A DNA stretch of 44,671 bases from Eubacteriales bacterium (GTDB lineage Bacteria; Bacillota; Clostridia; Oscillospirales; CAG-382), in assembly GCA_045596605.1 (NCBI GenBank), contig JAZOCR010000150.1, positions 1 through 44,671 on the forward strand, in the 5' to 3' direction. Position 1 is the stretch's first letter. Every line of letters starts with the position of its first letter. Shown here in pieces: positions 20,145-28,562 of this stretch. The notes below the pieces were generated by a model. It saw only the letters and a list, made by a program, of their open reading frames with translations. It was not told the DNA's origin and did not search any database. Both the position numbers and the translations under genes were made by a program.

Positions 20145-20902
20145 TTTTCCGCCTCCTTCTGCACATTCTTGGGATAAAGTCGCTTTGGAATATTGCGGTA
20201 AGGAATAACGGTATGAGGCGGCAAACCGGATGCAATATCGGTAATTTCTTTCATAAGACAGTCGCATATACGGCGGCGCTCTTCATTTATAGGGGCGTCA
20301 GATAAAAATTTAATTCCCTTGCCTAAATACATCTTTTTAAGATTTGGTGCTATGTAAAGCGGCACAAAGGAAAGCTCTTTTCCTGTGCGCTTATAATAAA
20401 GCCTTGCTACGTCGACGAAGCCTTCCTGAAAGTCGTAAATAATGTTATTGTACTTTTTATCCTGTTCGGGGAAAATAACAATGCTGTTTCCCTTTTGCAT
20501 TTTAGAAATAGATTCTCTGAAGGTACTCAGAATATGGTCGTCTTTATAAACGGCAATTGTTCGTGCGTTGTTGAAAATCACCACGGACAGAGGCGCAATA
20601 ACGTAAGAAGCCGCCTTGAAAAAGGGGCGTAGGACCTTTGTCTTTTGCGACCAGAAGTCGCTGTATGCGTATGCGGGTACTTCTTTAAGCTTCATCATCT
20701 GTGATGCGCACCAGGTATAGCAGTTATCCGGAAAATACAGCTCGCAGGCAATAGGACCGTGAAGCTGTGCGTGGTTGCCGACGATAACGCAGGGCTCGTC
20801 CGGAAGATTTTCCAGACCCACAATTTCCGTTTTCGGATATATAAGTCGTATAAATTCTTTAATGGCTATAAAAAGCCGGGATTTCTTTTTGGCTTCGTTC
20901 AC
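20126..20902 (-). CDS. PlsC-like (lysophospholipid) acyltransferase family protein
   Basis: VGLENLP...VIVGNHAQLHGP, IVIFPEQ, FQEGF and FVPLYI; GTG start after GAAGGTG. Confidence 0.78.
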   Translation of the reverse strand: MNEAKKKSRLFIAIKEFIRLIYPKTEIVGLENLPDEPCVIVGNHAQLHGPIACELYFPDNCYTWCASQMMKLKEVPAYAYSDFWSQKTKVLRPFFKAASYVIAPLSVVIFNNARTIAVYKDDHILSTFRESISKMQKGNSIVIFPEQDKKYNNIIYDFQEGFVDVARLYYKRTGKELSFVPLYIAPNLKKMYLGKGIKFLSDAPINEERRRICDCLMKEITDIASGLPPHTVIPYRNIPKRLYPKNVQKEAEKSELPL

Positions 20903-21006
20903 CGTGTTTCACCTTCTGATTTTAGCCTTGATTTATTATCTCATAATACTTATTCGTGATGGCGATTTAAAATTCGCAGAGTTAATTTTTATGCGTTCAT
21001 TTTTCT

Positions 21007-21317
21007 CGTCCCGAAGGGACATATCGCACCAATAGGTATATCGCATCCGCAAGGATATATCGCAAATTCCTAAAGGAATTTATATCGCTGAGTTCAAATG
21101 TCGCTTATTTAGTGATATACTCGCTAACGCTCGTGCGATATATTTTCACTATATTCAAATGCGATATAACTCCGCACAGCTTCGTTGCGATATGATATAA
21201 ATTCCTTTTTCCCGTCCCGAAGGGACATGTCGCACCAATAGGTATATCGCATCCGTAAGGATATATCGCAAATTCCTAAAGGAATTTATATCGCTGATTT
21301 CATCAAAGATGAAATCA
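21007..21317. repeat. ATATCGC-punctuated hairpin array with an 85-bp direct repeat
   Basis: 21007-21091 and 21213-21297 differ at 2 positions; each has 4 AT(A/G)TCGC heptamers separated by short palindromes. The middle block carries inverted G(C/T)GATAT copies. Confidence 0.9.
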
Positions 21318-21345
21318 TTATACCACAAAGATTACAAAAAATCAA
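21317..21345 (-). promoter_or_regulatory. Sigma-A promoter firing into the ATATCGC array and the lipid operon
   Basis: Minus strand TTGATT-17 bp-TATAAT with TG extension. Confidence 0.65.
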
Positions 21346-21422
21346 TAAAAATGTTGAATTTTGTAATTATATGAAAAGAAAACCGTCCGGCGAAGCCACA
21401 AACGGTTTTCAAAGCTATATTG

Positions 21423-22814
21423 TTATATGAGCTTTCTGCCCATAAGTACGCCCATAACAGACGCCATCATAAGACCTCTCGTCCATCCGCTTGAGTCGCC
21501 AAGGCAGTGAAGTCCCTTGACGCTGGTGTTGAGGTTTTCGTCCATAGTAACTCTGTTACTGTAGAATTTTAATTCCGGTGAGTAAAGAAGCGTTTCGGTA
21601 GAGGCAAAGCCCGGTACTACCTCGTCAAGTGCCCAGATAAAGTTTACTATATTGGTCATGGCACGGTAAGGTATTGCCGCCGTTATGTCACCCGCAACTG
21701 CGTCGGGAAGTGTGGGCCTCAGATTTGACTGTGCAAGCTCCTTTTCCCAGGTGCGCTTGCCGTCAATAATATCGCCGAAGCGCTGAACGAGAATGTGTCC
21801 GTTTGCAAGCATATTTGAAAGTTCGCCCACCTTCTGCGCATAGGCTATGGGCTGATTGAAGGGCACGCTGAAGTTGTGGGAAACAAGAATTGCGAGGTTA
21901 GTGTTATTGGACTTGGTTTCCTTATAGGAATGACCGTTTACTACCGCAAGGTCGTTGTCGTAGTTTTCCTGGCTTACAAAACCGCCGGGGTTCTGGCAGA
22001 AGGTTCTTACCTTATTCTTAAAGGGCTTGGGGTAGCCTATGAGCTTTGACTCATAGAGCACCTTATTTACCTGCTCCATAATCTCATTACGAACCTCGAC
22101 TCTTACGCCGATATCAACCGTACCCGGCTCGTGTGCAATTCCAAACTCGGTACACACGTGTTCAAGCCACTCTGCGCCTCTGCGTCCGGTTGCTACGATG
22201 GTTTCGTCTGCGAAGATATCCTCGCTGTTTCCCTTTGTATCACAGGTATTTGCGCCAAGGCACACTCCGTCCTTTATAATAAGGTTGGTACATTCAACAC
22301 CGAAGCGCATTTCCACGCCATTTTCTTCAAGATATTTTTCAATAGAGTAATAAATATCCTGTGCCTTTTCTGTACCGAGATGACGTATCGGACAGTCAAC
22401 AAGCTTAAGTCCCGCCTTGATTGCACGCTTTCTTATCTCTTTTACCTCCTCCGGATTGCTGATGCCCTCGATATGCTCGTCAGCACCAAATTCGAGATAA
22501 ATTTTATCTGTATATTCTATTGTTTCCTGAACGAGATTTTCTCCCACGAGTCTTGGCAAATCTCCGCCAACGTCAGAGCTTAAGGAGAGCTTTCCGTCAG
22601 AAAATGCACCCGCACCGGAAAATCCGGTAGTTATATGGCAGAAGGGCTCGCAGCTTACGCACTGCTTTGTCTTTGCCTTTGGGCAGCTTCTCTTTTCGAT
22701 AGGTGCGCCCTTTTCAACTATAATGATATTCTTTTTTGAGCCGAGTCTTATCATTTCAAGGGCGGTAAAAATACCTGCAGGACCTGCGCCAATTATAAGA
22801 ACATCTTTTTTCAT
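21423..22814 (-). CDS. NAD(P)/FAD-dependent oxidoreductase (uncharacterised FAD dehydrogenase family)
   Basis: IIGAGPAG, GFSGAGAFSDGKL, ATGRRG, VRTFCQNPGG, VNGHS and GDSSGWTRGL. Confidence 0.85.
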   Translation of the reverse strand: MKKDVLIIGAGPAGIFTALEMIRLGSKKNIIIVEKGAPIEKRSCPKAKTKQCVSCEPFCHITTGFSGAGAFSDGKLSLSSDVGGDLPRLVGENLVQETIEYTDKIYLEFGADEHIEGISNPEEVKEIRKRAIKAGLKLVDCPIRHLGTEKAQDIYYSIEKYLEENGVEMRFGVECTNLIIKDGVCLGANTCDTKGNSEDIFADETIVATGRRGAEWLEHVCTEFGIAHEPGTVDIGVRVEVRNEIMEQVNKVLYESKLIGYPKPFKNKVRTFCQNPGGFVSQENYDNDLAVVNGHSYKETKSNNTNLAILVSHNFSVPFNQPIAYAQKVGELSNMLANGHILVQRFGDIIDGKRTWEKELAQSNLRPTLPDAVAGDITAAIPYRAMTNIVNFIWALDEVVPGFASTETLLYSPELKFYSNRVTMDENLNTSVKGLHCLGDSSGWTRGLMMASVMGVLMGRKLI

Positions 22815-22920
22815 TTGTATGTGTTCCTTTCATTTGTACAATTCTATCACAGACACGATTATATCACTTCGCACAAATATAGTCCACATTTTCGATAAAA
22901 TTTAATTAAAGATTTACAGA

Positions 22921-25452
22921 TTACTTTATAATTTTATAGCCTTCTTCTGTTATGGCATCTTCAAGAAGCCTTTTATCCACTTCTTTTGAAAGTTTTACTG
23001 TTGCAGTTCCGTTTTCATGATTGGCAGTAGCTTCTTCCACTCCGTCTACTTTTTCAAGTGCCTTTTTTACGTGCGCCTCGCAGTGGTGGCACATCATACC
23101 TTCAATTTTAAGTGTTATTTCCATTTCCTTTTCCTCCGTAATTTCTGTATTTATAGTTCTGTCTGTTTCATAGGAAAAATCATACTTTTCTGCCTTGAAA
23201 CCATTCAGCCGCAGTGCGTTGCTTACAACACACACGCTTGAAAGTCCCATAGCAAGCGCTCCGAGCATCGGACTCAGGGTTACACCAAGGGGCACGAGCA
23301 CACCTGCCGCAACCGGTATTCCTATGCAGTTATAGATAAATGCCCAGAAGAGATTTTGCCGTATATTCCTCAGAACCGCCCTTGAAAGCCGCACTGCGTT
23401 TGCCGCATCTACAAGACTTCCCTTTGTAAGAATTACTCCCGCTGTGTCACGGGCGATGTCCGTGCCGGTGCCGATTGCAATACCCACGTCAGCACTTGCA
23501 AGTGCCGGAGCGTCGTTTATTCCGTCGCCTACCATTGCCACCTTGCCCTGCATCTTTAGCTTTTCAATTTCCTTCGACTTGCTGCTGGGTGTTGCACCGG
23601 AAATTGCCCTTTCAATTCCTGCTTTTTCAGCTATAGCCGCCGTCACCTCGGCATTATCTCCGGAGAGAAGTACCACCGAAAGTCCCATTTTTTTCATAAG
23701 CTCGACACCCGCACGGCTGTCATCTTTGACAGTGTCCTGTGCCGCTATAAGACCGAGGACTTTGTCCTCACTTGCGAAAAACAGAGGAGTGTTGCCTTTT
23801 TCTGAAAGCTCTGATGCTTTGTCCGTTATCTCTTTCGGAATTTCCACCTTGCAGTTGTCCTTTATATATCCGGGCTTTCCGCCAAAGTATTTCTTACCGT
23901 TTATCTCTGCTGAAACTCCGCTTCCGACGCTTGCCACAAAATCCTCGGTATCAGAGAGCGGTACTCCCTTCCCCTCGCAATAGGCGCATACTGCCACGGC
24001 AAGCGGGTGCTCGCTCTTTTTTTCAAGGGAAAAGGCGATGGAAAGAAGCTCTGCTTCGGAAATTCCGACTGCGGGATATACACCGGTAACGCTGATGTTT
24101 CCACTTGTTACCGTGCCGGTCTTGTCAAGCACCACCGTTTTTACTCTGCCGAGATTTTCCAGCATTTCTGCGTTTTTAAAGAGAATATTGTGCTTTGCGC
24201 CAACGCCGCTGCCCACCATTATTGCAACGGGAGTTGCAAGTCCAAGAGAGCAGGGACAGCTAATAACAAGCACGGAAATAGCCCTTGCAAGCGCAAAGCC
24301 GAAGCTTTCGCCGAGAATCAGCCACACTATCGCCGTAACAAGTGCGATAGCCATAACAGCCGGCACGAATATCGCCGCCACCTTGTCTGCCGCCTTGGCA
24401 ATGGGTGCCTTTGAGGATGCGGCATCGTTTACCGTCTGAATAATTTTTGAAAGCACGGTGTCTGTGCCAACCCTTGTGGCACGGCACTTTATAAAGCCCG
24501 ATGTATTTACCGTTGCGCCAACCACAGTATCACCCTCAGACTTTTCCACCGGCACGCTCTCGCCGGTGATTGCCGATTCGTTTATCGCAGTGTGTCCCTC
24601 TATAATAAAGCCGTCAACCGGAATCTGCTCTCCCGGTCGAACAATAAAGATGTCACCAACCACAAGCTCTGAAATATTAACTGTTATTTCCTTGCCATCA
24701 CGGAGCACTACCGCACTTTCCGGCACAAGACCCTCAAGGGCACGCAGTGCGTCACTTGTTTTACTCTTTGACCGGGCTTCAAGGGCTTTTCCTACGGTAA
24801 TAAGCGCAAGTATCATAGCAGAGGACTCAAAATACAGCTCGTGAAGAAGGTGGGCGGCACCTGTCACATCTCCGTCTGCAAGGCGTCTACACATAATAAA
24901 AAGCACTGCCGTACTGTAAAGAAACGCCGCCCCCGAGCCGATAGCAACAAGTGCGTCCATATTTGGAGAGAGGCGCAGAATAGATTTTGCACCGCTTACA
25001 AAAAACTTGCCGTTTATTATCATAACTATAACAGCGCAAAGCATCTGCACAAGGGCTATTCCTGCAGGGTTTCCGTGGAAAAATGCCGGAATCGGAAGTC
25101 CGAGCATACTGTGTCCCATGGAAAAATACATAAGAATTACAAGAAAAACAAGCGAAAGTGAAAGTCTTTTTAAAAGCCTTGATGCTTCGCTCTTTTCAGA
25201 CTTTGATGCGTCATTTAAAGAGGTGCTTTTTTGTGCAGTATTTGCTAAAGACTCTGAAGCCACCGATGCGCCGTAGCCTGCCTTTTCCACTGCAGAAATT
25301 ACCGTTTCTTCCGTTACCTTACCGGTCACCGTCATACTTCCGGTGAGAAGATTTACCGCACATTCCTCGACGCCCTCAAGGGCACACACTGCCTTTTCAA
25401 CTCTTGCACTGCAGGCAGCACAGCTCATGCCCGTGACGTTATATTTTTTCAA
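22921..25452 (-). CDS. copA: Cu(I)-translocating P1B-type ATPase with N- and C-terminal HMA domains
   Basis: [34 protein letters not shown] and MGLSS motifs; C-terminal GMMCHHC; TTG start. Confidence 0.93.
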   Translation of the reverse strand: MKKYNVTGMSCAACSARVEKAVCALEGVEECAVNLLTGSMTVTGKVTEETVISAVEKAGYGASVASESLANTAQKSTSLNDASKSEKSEASRLLKRLSLSLVFLVILMYFSMGHSMLGLPIPAFFHGNPAGIALVQMLCAVIVMIINGKFFVSGAKSILRLSPNMDALVAIGSGAAFLYSTAVLFIMCRRLADGDVTGAAHLLHELYFESSAMILALITVGKALEARSKSKTSDALRALEGLVPESAVVLRDGKEITVNISELVVGDIFIVRPGEQIPVDGFIIEGHTAINESAITGESVPVEKSEGDTVVGATVNTSGFIKCRATRVGTDTVLSKIIQTVNDAASSKAPIAKAADKVAAIFVPAVMAIALVTAIVWLILGESFGFALARAISVLVISCPCSLGLATPVAIMVGSGVGAKHNILFKNAEMLENLGRVKTVVLDKTGTVTSGNISVTGVYPAVGISEAELLSIAFSLEKKSEHPLAVAVCAYCEGKGVPLSDTEDFVASVGSGVSAEINGKKYFGGKPGYIKDNCKVEIPKEITDKASELSEKGNTPLFFASEDKVLGLIAAQDTVKDDSRAGVELMKKMGLSVVLLSGDNAEVTAAIAEKAGIERAISGATPSSKSKEIEKLKMQGKVAMVGDGINDAPALASADVGIAIGTGTDIARDTAGVILTKGSLVDAANAVRLSRAVLRNIRQNLFWAFIYNCIGIPVAAGVLVPLGVTLSPMLGALAMGLSSVCVVSNALRLNGFKAEKYDFSYETDRTINTEITEEKEMEITLKIEGMMCHHCEAHVKKALEKVDGVEEATANHENGTATVKLSKEVDKRLLEDAITEEGYKIIK

Positions 25453-25662
25453 GCTATCACCTTTTTCTTAAAAAACTCAGGTTAGCGAAAACTAACCCTG
25501 TTTTATGAAATAAAGAGATTTACATCTCCGTATAAATATTATTGTAACTCTTTTTTGTTAATAATTCAACAGTGAAAAGCATTTTTACTATAAATTTACT
25601 CTTTCAAGCAAGGCAAAAGATAGATAAATTAAGTCTAAATCATAAAAAATTGAAAATAACGG

Positions 25663-25691
25663 TTGACAAGCGTGGTATTGTGTGTTATAAT
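25663..25691 (+). promoter_or_regulatory. Consensus sigma-A promoter of the lysine leader
   Basis: TTGACA-17 bp-TATAAT with TG extension. Confidence 0.85.
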
Positions 25692-25699
25692 AGCGAAAA

Positions 25700-25868
25700 A
25701 TATGGTAGAGGTGCACCTTGTAAAGAGTAGCCTTGGCACAACGGATACCGTAAATCCTTAGCCGAGGTGGAAGGGACGGGTGCCGAGGCGAAAGAGGACG
25801 GACCTTTCGACCGGTTTTCCGGATAATATCCGGCGGACTGTCGCATTGATGCGGAGAGCTATCGGCAA
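25700..25868 (+). ncRNA. Lysine riboswitch (L-box) aptamer
   Basis: GGTAGAGGTGC...AGTA...GAAGGG...GCCGA...CTGTC...GGAGAGCTATC landmarks; directly after the promoter and upstream of dapA-dapB-lysA. Confidence 0.9.
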
Positions 25869-25900
25869 TATTGGCGAATTTTCTTTTGTCGTCTTTTTGG

Positions 25901-25930
25901 CTCTTACCATTTTTGGGGTAAGGGTTTTTT
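25901..25930 (+). terminator. Terminator of the riboswitch expression platform
   Basis: CTCTTACC-loop-GGTAAGGG followed by a T run. Confidence 0.65.
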
Positions 25931-25966
25931 GTTTTTGAGGGGAAGTTTTGTACTTAAAAATGAAGG

Positions 25967-26718
25967 ATTTCTAAAGGGAAGTTTCATCAAATTTGGGGCT
26001 TTAATTTTACATTACTTTTTGTCACGAGCAACAAAAAGTAATCAAAAAATGCCCAAAGAAGTGAGGGGATACCCCTCCCTTCTTTACTACCCACCCACAC
26101 GCTCGGTTGTTTAATTAAAATTTGTTTTAACTGCCACGCATACACAGAGGGAAATTTTTTCGCAAAGCGAAAAAATCTTCCATAGGGCTGGGCTACTTCT
26201 ACTTGAATGGCTACATCAAACGACTTACAAAGATTGTATGTGTAATTATGTAATATTTGTGTGGTATTAATTTTGTAGTTAGTACTTGATAGTGTGGTTT
26301 AGTTTTAAATTTACGAAAGTATCTTGCGACAACCAAAGATGCACACTCTCTAAAGTTATTACGTGACAAAAGGGAGTTTTCAGAGGACTTGTCCTCTGAA
26401 CGTACCTTTTTGGTACTTTTTCTTTACGAGAAGAAAAAGTACATACCCCCGAACTGACAACGAAGTTGTCTGTGAGGGCTTTGAAAAAATCCGATACGCT
26501 TCGCAAGGGGCGACGAAAATTTCTTGTGAAATTTTCTTACGCTGAAGAATTTGCAAAGCAAATTCTTCCTATACCCAAAATCTTATCTATTCATTCAAGT
26601 TAACAAACCGATAAACTCCGCAGAAATTGCGAAGCAATTCGAGGAGTTTATCAAAATATAAAATTCTTTGCCAAGCTTTCTTATAAGAAAGCTTGCGGGG
26701 CGTGGGGCGGAGCCCCAC
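25967..26718. repeat. Composite cluster of palindromic repeat modules, including one arm of the long element (copy II, ~26236-26478)
   Basis: 26288-26478 aligns with 16781-16975 and ~30400-30580. Further hairpins at ~26012-26041, 26510-26572, 26610-26652, 26672-26695 and 26702-26718. Confidence 0.85.
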
Positions 26719-26747
26719 ATATAACATAATTCAAGGAGAAAAGAAAG

Positions 26748-27632
26748 ATGAAAAAGACAGTATTTGAAGGAGCGGCGACGGCGCTTGTGACGCCTCTTAC
26801 AGAGAGTGGAATAGACTACGAGCGTTTTGGAAAGCTTATTGACTGGCAGATAGAGTCAGGAATTAATGCTCTTGTTGTATGCGGAACGACGGGTGAGGCA
26901 TCAACACTCTCTGACGACGAGCACAGAGATGCCATTGCCTTTGCCGCAAAGCGTGCAAAGGGCAGAGTACCGATAATTGCGGGCACAGGCTCAAATGACA
27001 CCGCTTACGCTCTTGACCTTACACGCTGTGCCTGCGAGGCAGGTGCTGACGCAATGCTTGTTGTAACACCTTATTACAACAAGGCAACCCAGACCGGACT
27101 TATAAAGATGTTCACGGAAATTGCCGACAAGAGCACAAAGCCGGTAATTCTTTACAACGTACCCTCAAGAACAGGTGTTAATATCGCTCCCAAGACCTAC
27201 GCCGTGCTTGCAGACCACCCCAATATCGTAGGTATCAAGGAAGCCAACGGTGACATTTCAAAAATCGTTGAAACTATGGCACTTGTAGGGGACAAGCTCG
27301 ACCTTTATTCAGGAAACGACGACCAGATAGTTCCCCTTATGGCACTGGGCGGAAAGGGCGTAATTTCCGTTCTTTCAAATCTTCTTCCTGCTGAAACCGC
27401 AGATATGTGCAAGAAGTTCCTCGCAGGTGACGTAAAGGGTGCGGCGGCAATGCAGATGAAGTATCACGCTCTTATTGACGCACTGTTCTGTGAAGTAAAC
27501 CCCATACCCGTAAAGGCGGCTATGGCAAAGATGGGATACTGCGAAAATTATCTCAGACTTCCCCTTACTCCTATGGAAGAGGGCAACGCAGAAAAGCTTT
27601 ATGCGCTTATGCGTGAGCAGAACCTTATATAA
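26748..27632 (+). CDS. dapA: 4-hydroxy-tetrahydrodipicolinate synthase
   Basis: GTTGE, GTGSNDT, PYYNK, LYNVPSRTG, GIKEA and NPIPVK. Confidence 0.96.
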   Translation: MKKTVFEGAATALVTPLTESGIDYERFGKLIDWQIESGINALVVCGTTGEASTLSDDEHRDAIAFAAKRAKGRVPIIAGTGSNDTAYALDLTRCACEAGADAMLVVTPYYNKATQTGLIKMFTEIADKSTKPVILYNVPSRTGVNIAPKTYAVLADHPNIVGIKEANGDISKIVETMALVGDKLDLYSGNDDQIVPLMALGGKGVISVLSNLLPAETADMCKKFLAGDVKGAAAMQMKYHALIDALFCEVNPIPVKAAMAKMGYCENYLRLPLTPMEEGNAEKLYALMREQNLI

Positions 27633-27642
27633 TTAAATTAGT

Positions 27643-27677
27643 GAATAAAGAATAATGAATAAAGAATAATGAATAAT
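27643..27677 (+). repeat. Heptamer tandem repeat (GAATAAW)x5
   Basis: gaataaa gaataat gaataaa gaataat gaataat, followed by the hairpin ATTTTGCC-GTG-GGCAAAAT. Confidence 0.85.
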
Positions 27678-27729
27678 TGAGGTTATTTTGCCGTGGGCAA
27701 AATTTCATTAATTAAAAAAGGAATGTAAA

Positions 27730-28473
27730 ATGCTTAAAGTAATTGTTTACGGTGCCTGCGGAAGAATGGGCAAGGAGCTTGTAAGGCTCATTTCGGAAAG
27801 TGACGAATTTACCCTTGCGGCAGGCGTTGACAAGTTCGGCGGAGAATATGAAAAGCTTTCGGATTTTTCCGGCGATGCTGACGTTATAATCGACTTTTCC
27901 AATCACGTACTTACAGGCGAGCTTTGTGAGTACGCTGTAAAAAGAAAAATCCCGGTGGTTATTGCAACGACCGGACACACACCCGAGGAAAAGGCAGTTA
28001 TGACCGATGCGGCAAAGTCCGTGCCGGTGTTCCACAGCGCAAATATGTCGGTGGGAATTGCACTTCTTGCAAGCCTTGCAAAGCAGGCTGTAGCGGCACT
28101 GCCGAATGCCGACGTTGAAATCGTGGAAAAGCACCACAACAGAAAGCTTGATGCTCCAAGCGGTACGGCTCTGCTTCTTGCCGGTGAAATAAAATCCGTG
28201 AGAGCAGATGCAGAATATAAGCTCGGACGGGCAGGCAACGCAAAGCGTGAGAAAAACGAAATAGGTATCCATGCTGTGCGTGCGGGCAATATCGTAGGCG
28301 ACCACGAAATCATAATATGCACCGACACTCAGACGCTTACACTGCGCCATGAGGCACACGACAGAGCCCTGTTTGCGGAAGGTGCGCTTGCGGCTGCAAA
28401 GTATCTTGCAGAGCAAAGTGTTCCCGGGATGTATGATATGAAAACTATGCTAAAAGCGACGAAAAAGTCTTAA
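27730..28473 (+). CDS. dapB: 4-hydroxy-tetrahydrodipicolinate reductase
   Basis: GACGRMG, IDFS, ATTG, SANMS.G and EKHHNRKLDAPSGTA. Confidence 0.96.
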   Translation: MLKVIVYGACGRMGKELVRLISESDEFTLAAGVDKFGGEYEKLSDFSGDADVIIDFSNHVLTGELCEYAVKRKIPVVIATTGHTPEEKAVMTDAAKSVPVFHSANMSVGIALLASLAKQAVAALPNADVEIVEKHHNRKLDAPSGTALLLAGEIKSVRADAEYKLGRAGNAKREKNEIGIHAVRAGNIVGDHEIIICTDTQTLTLRHEAHDRALFAEGALAAAKYLAEQSVPGMYDMKTMLKATKKS

Positions 28474-28519
28474 GACTTTTTCTTACGCCCGAAGAATTTG
28501 CTACGCAAATTCTTCCTAT
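28456..28519 (+). repeat. Two-hairpin repeat module overlapping the dapB stop codon
   Basis: GCGACGAAAAAGTCTTAAGACTTTTTCTTACG..GAAGAATTTGC-TAC-GCAAATTCTTCCTAT; homologous to 26510-26572 and 42411-42472. Confidence 0.85.
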
Positions 28520-28562
28520 TTCCAAAACAGACTGCAATTTTATAAAAGTAAGGATATTAAAA

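Noticed and set aside
21007-21317. CRISPR array
   Set aside because: The repeat is only 7 bp, the spacers are 10-19 bp palindromes that are themselves duplicated, and no cas genes are present.
22131-25346. Numerous antisense ORFs over copA and other long genes
   Set aside because: Shadow ORFs opposite well-supported genes, with no motifs or RBS.
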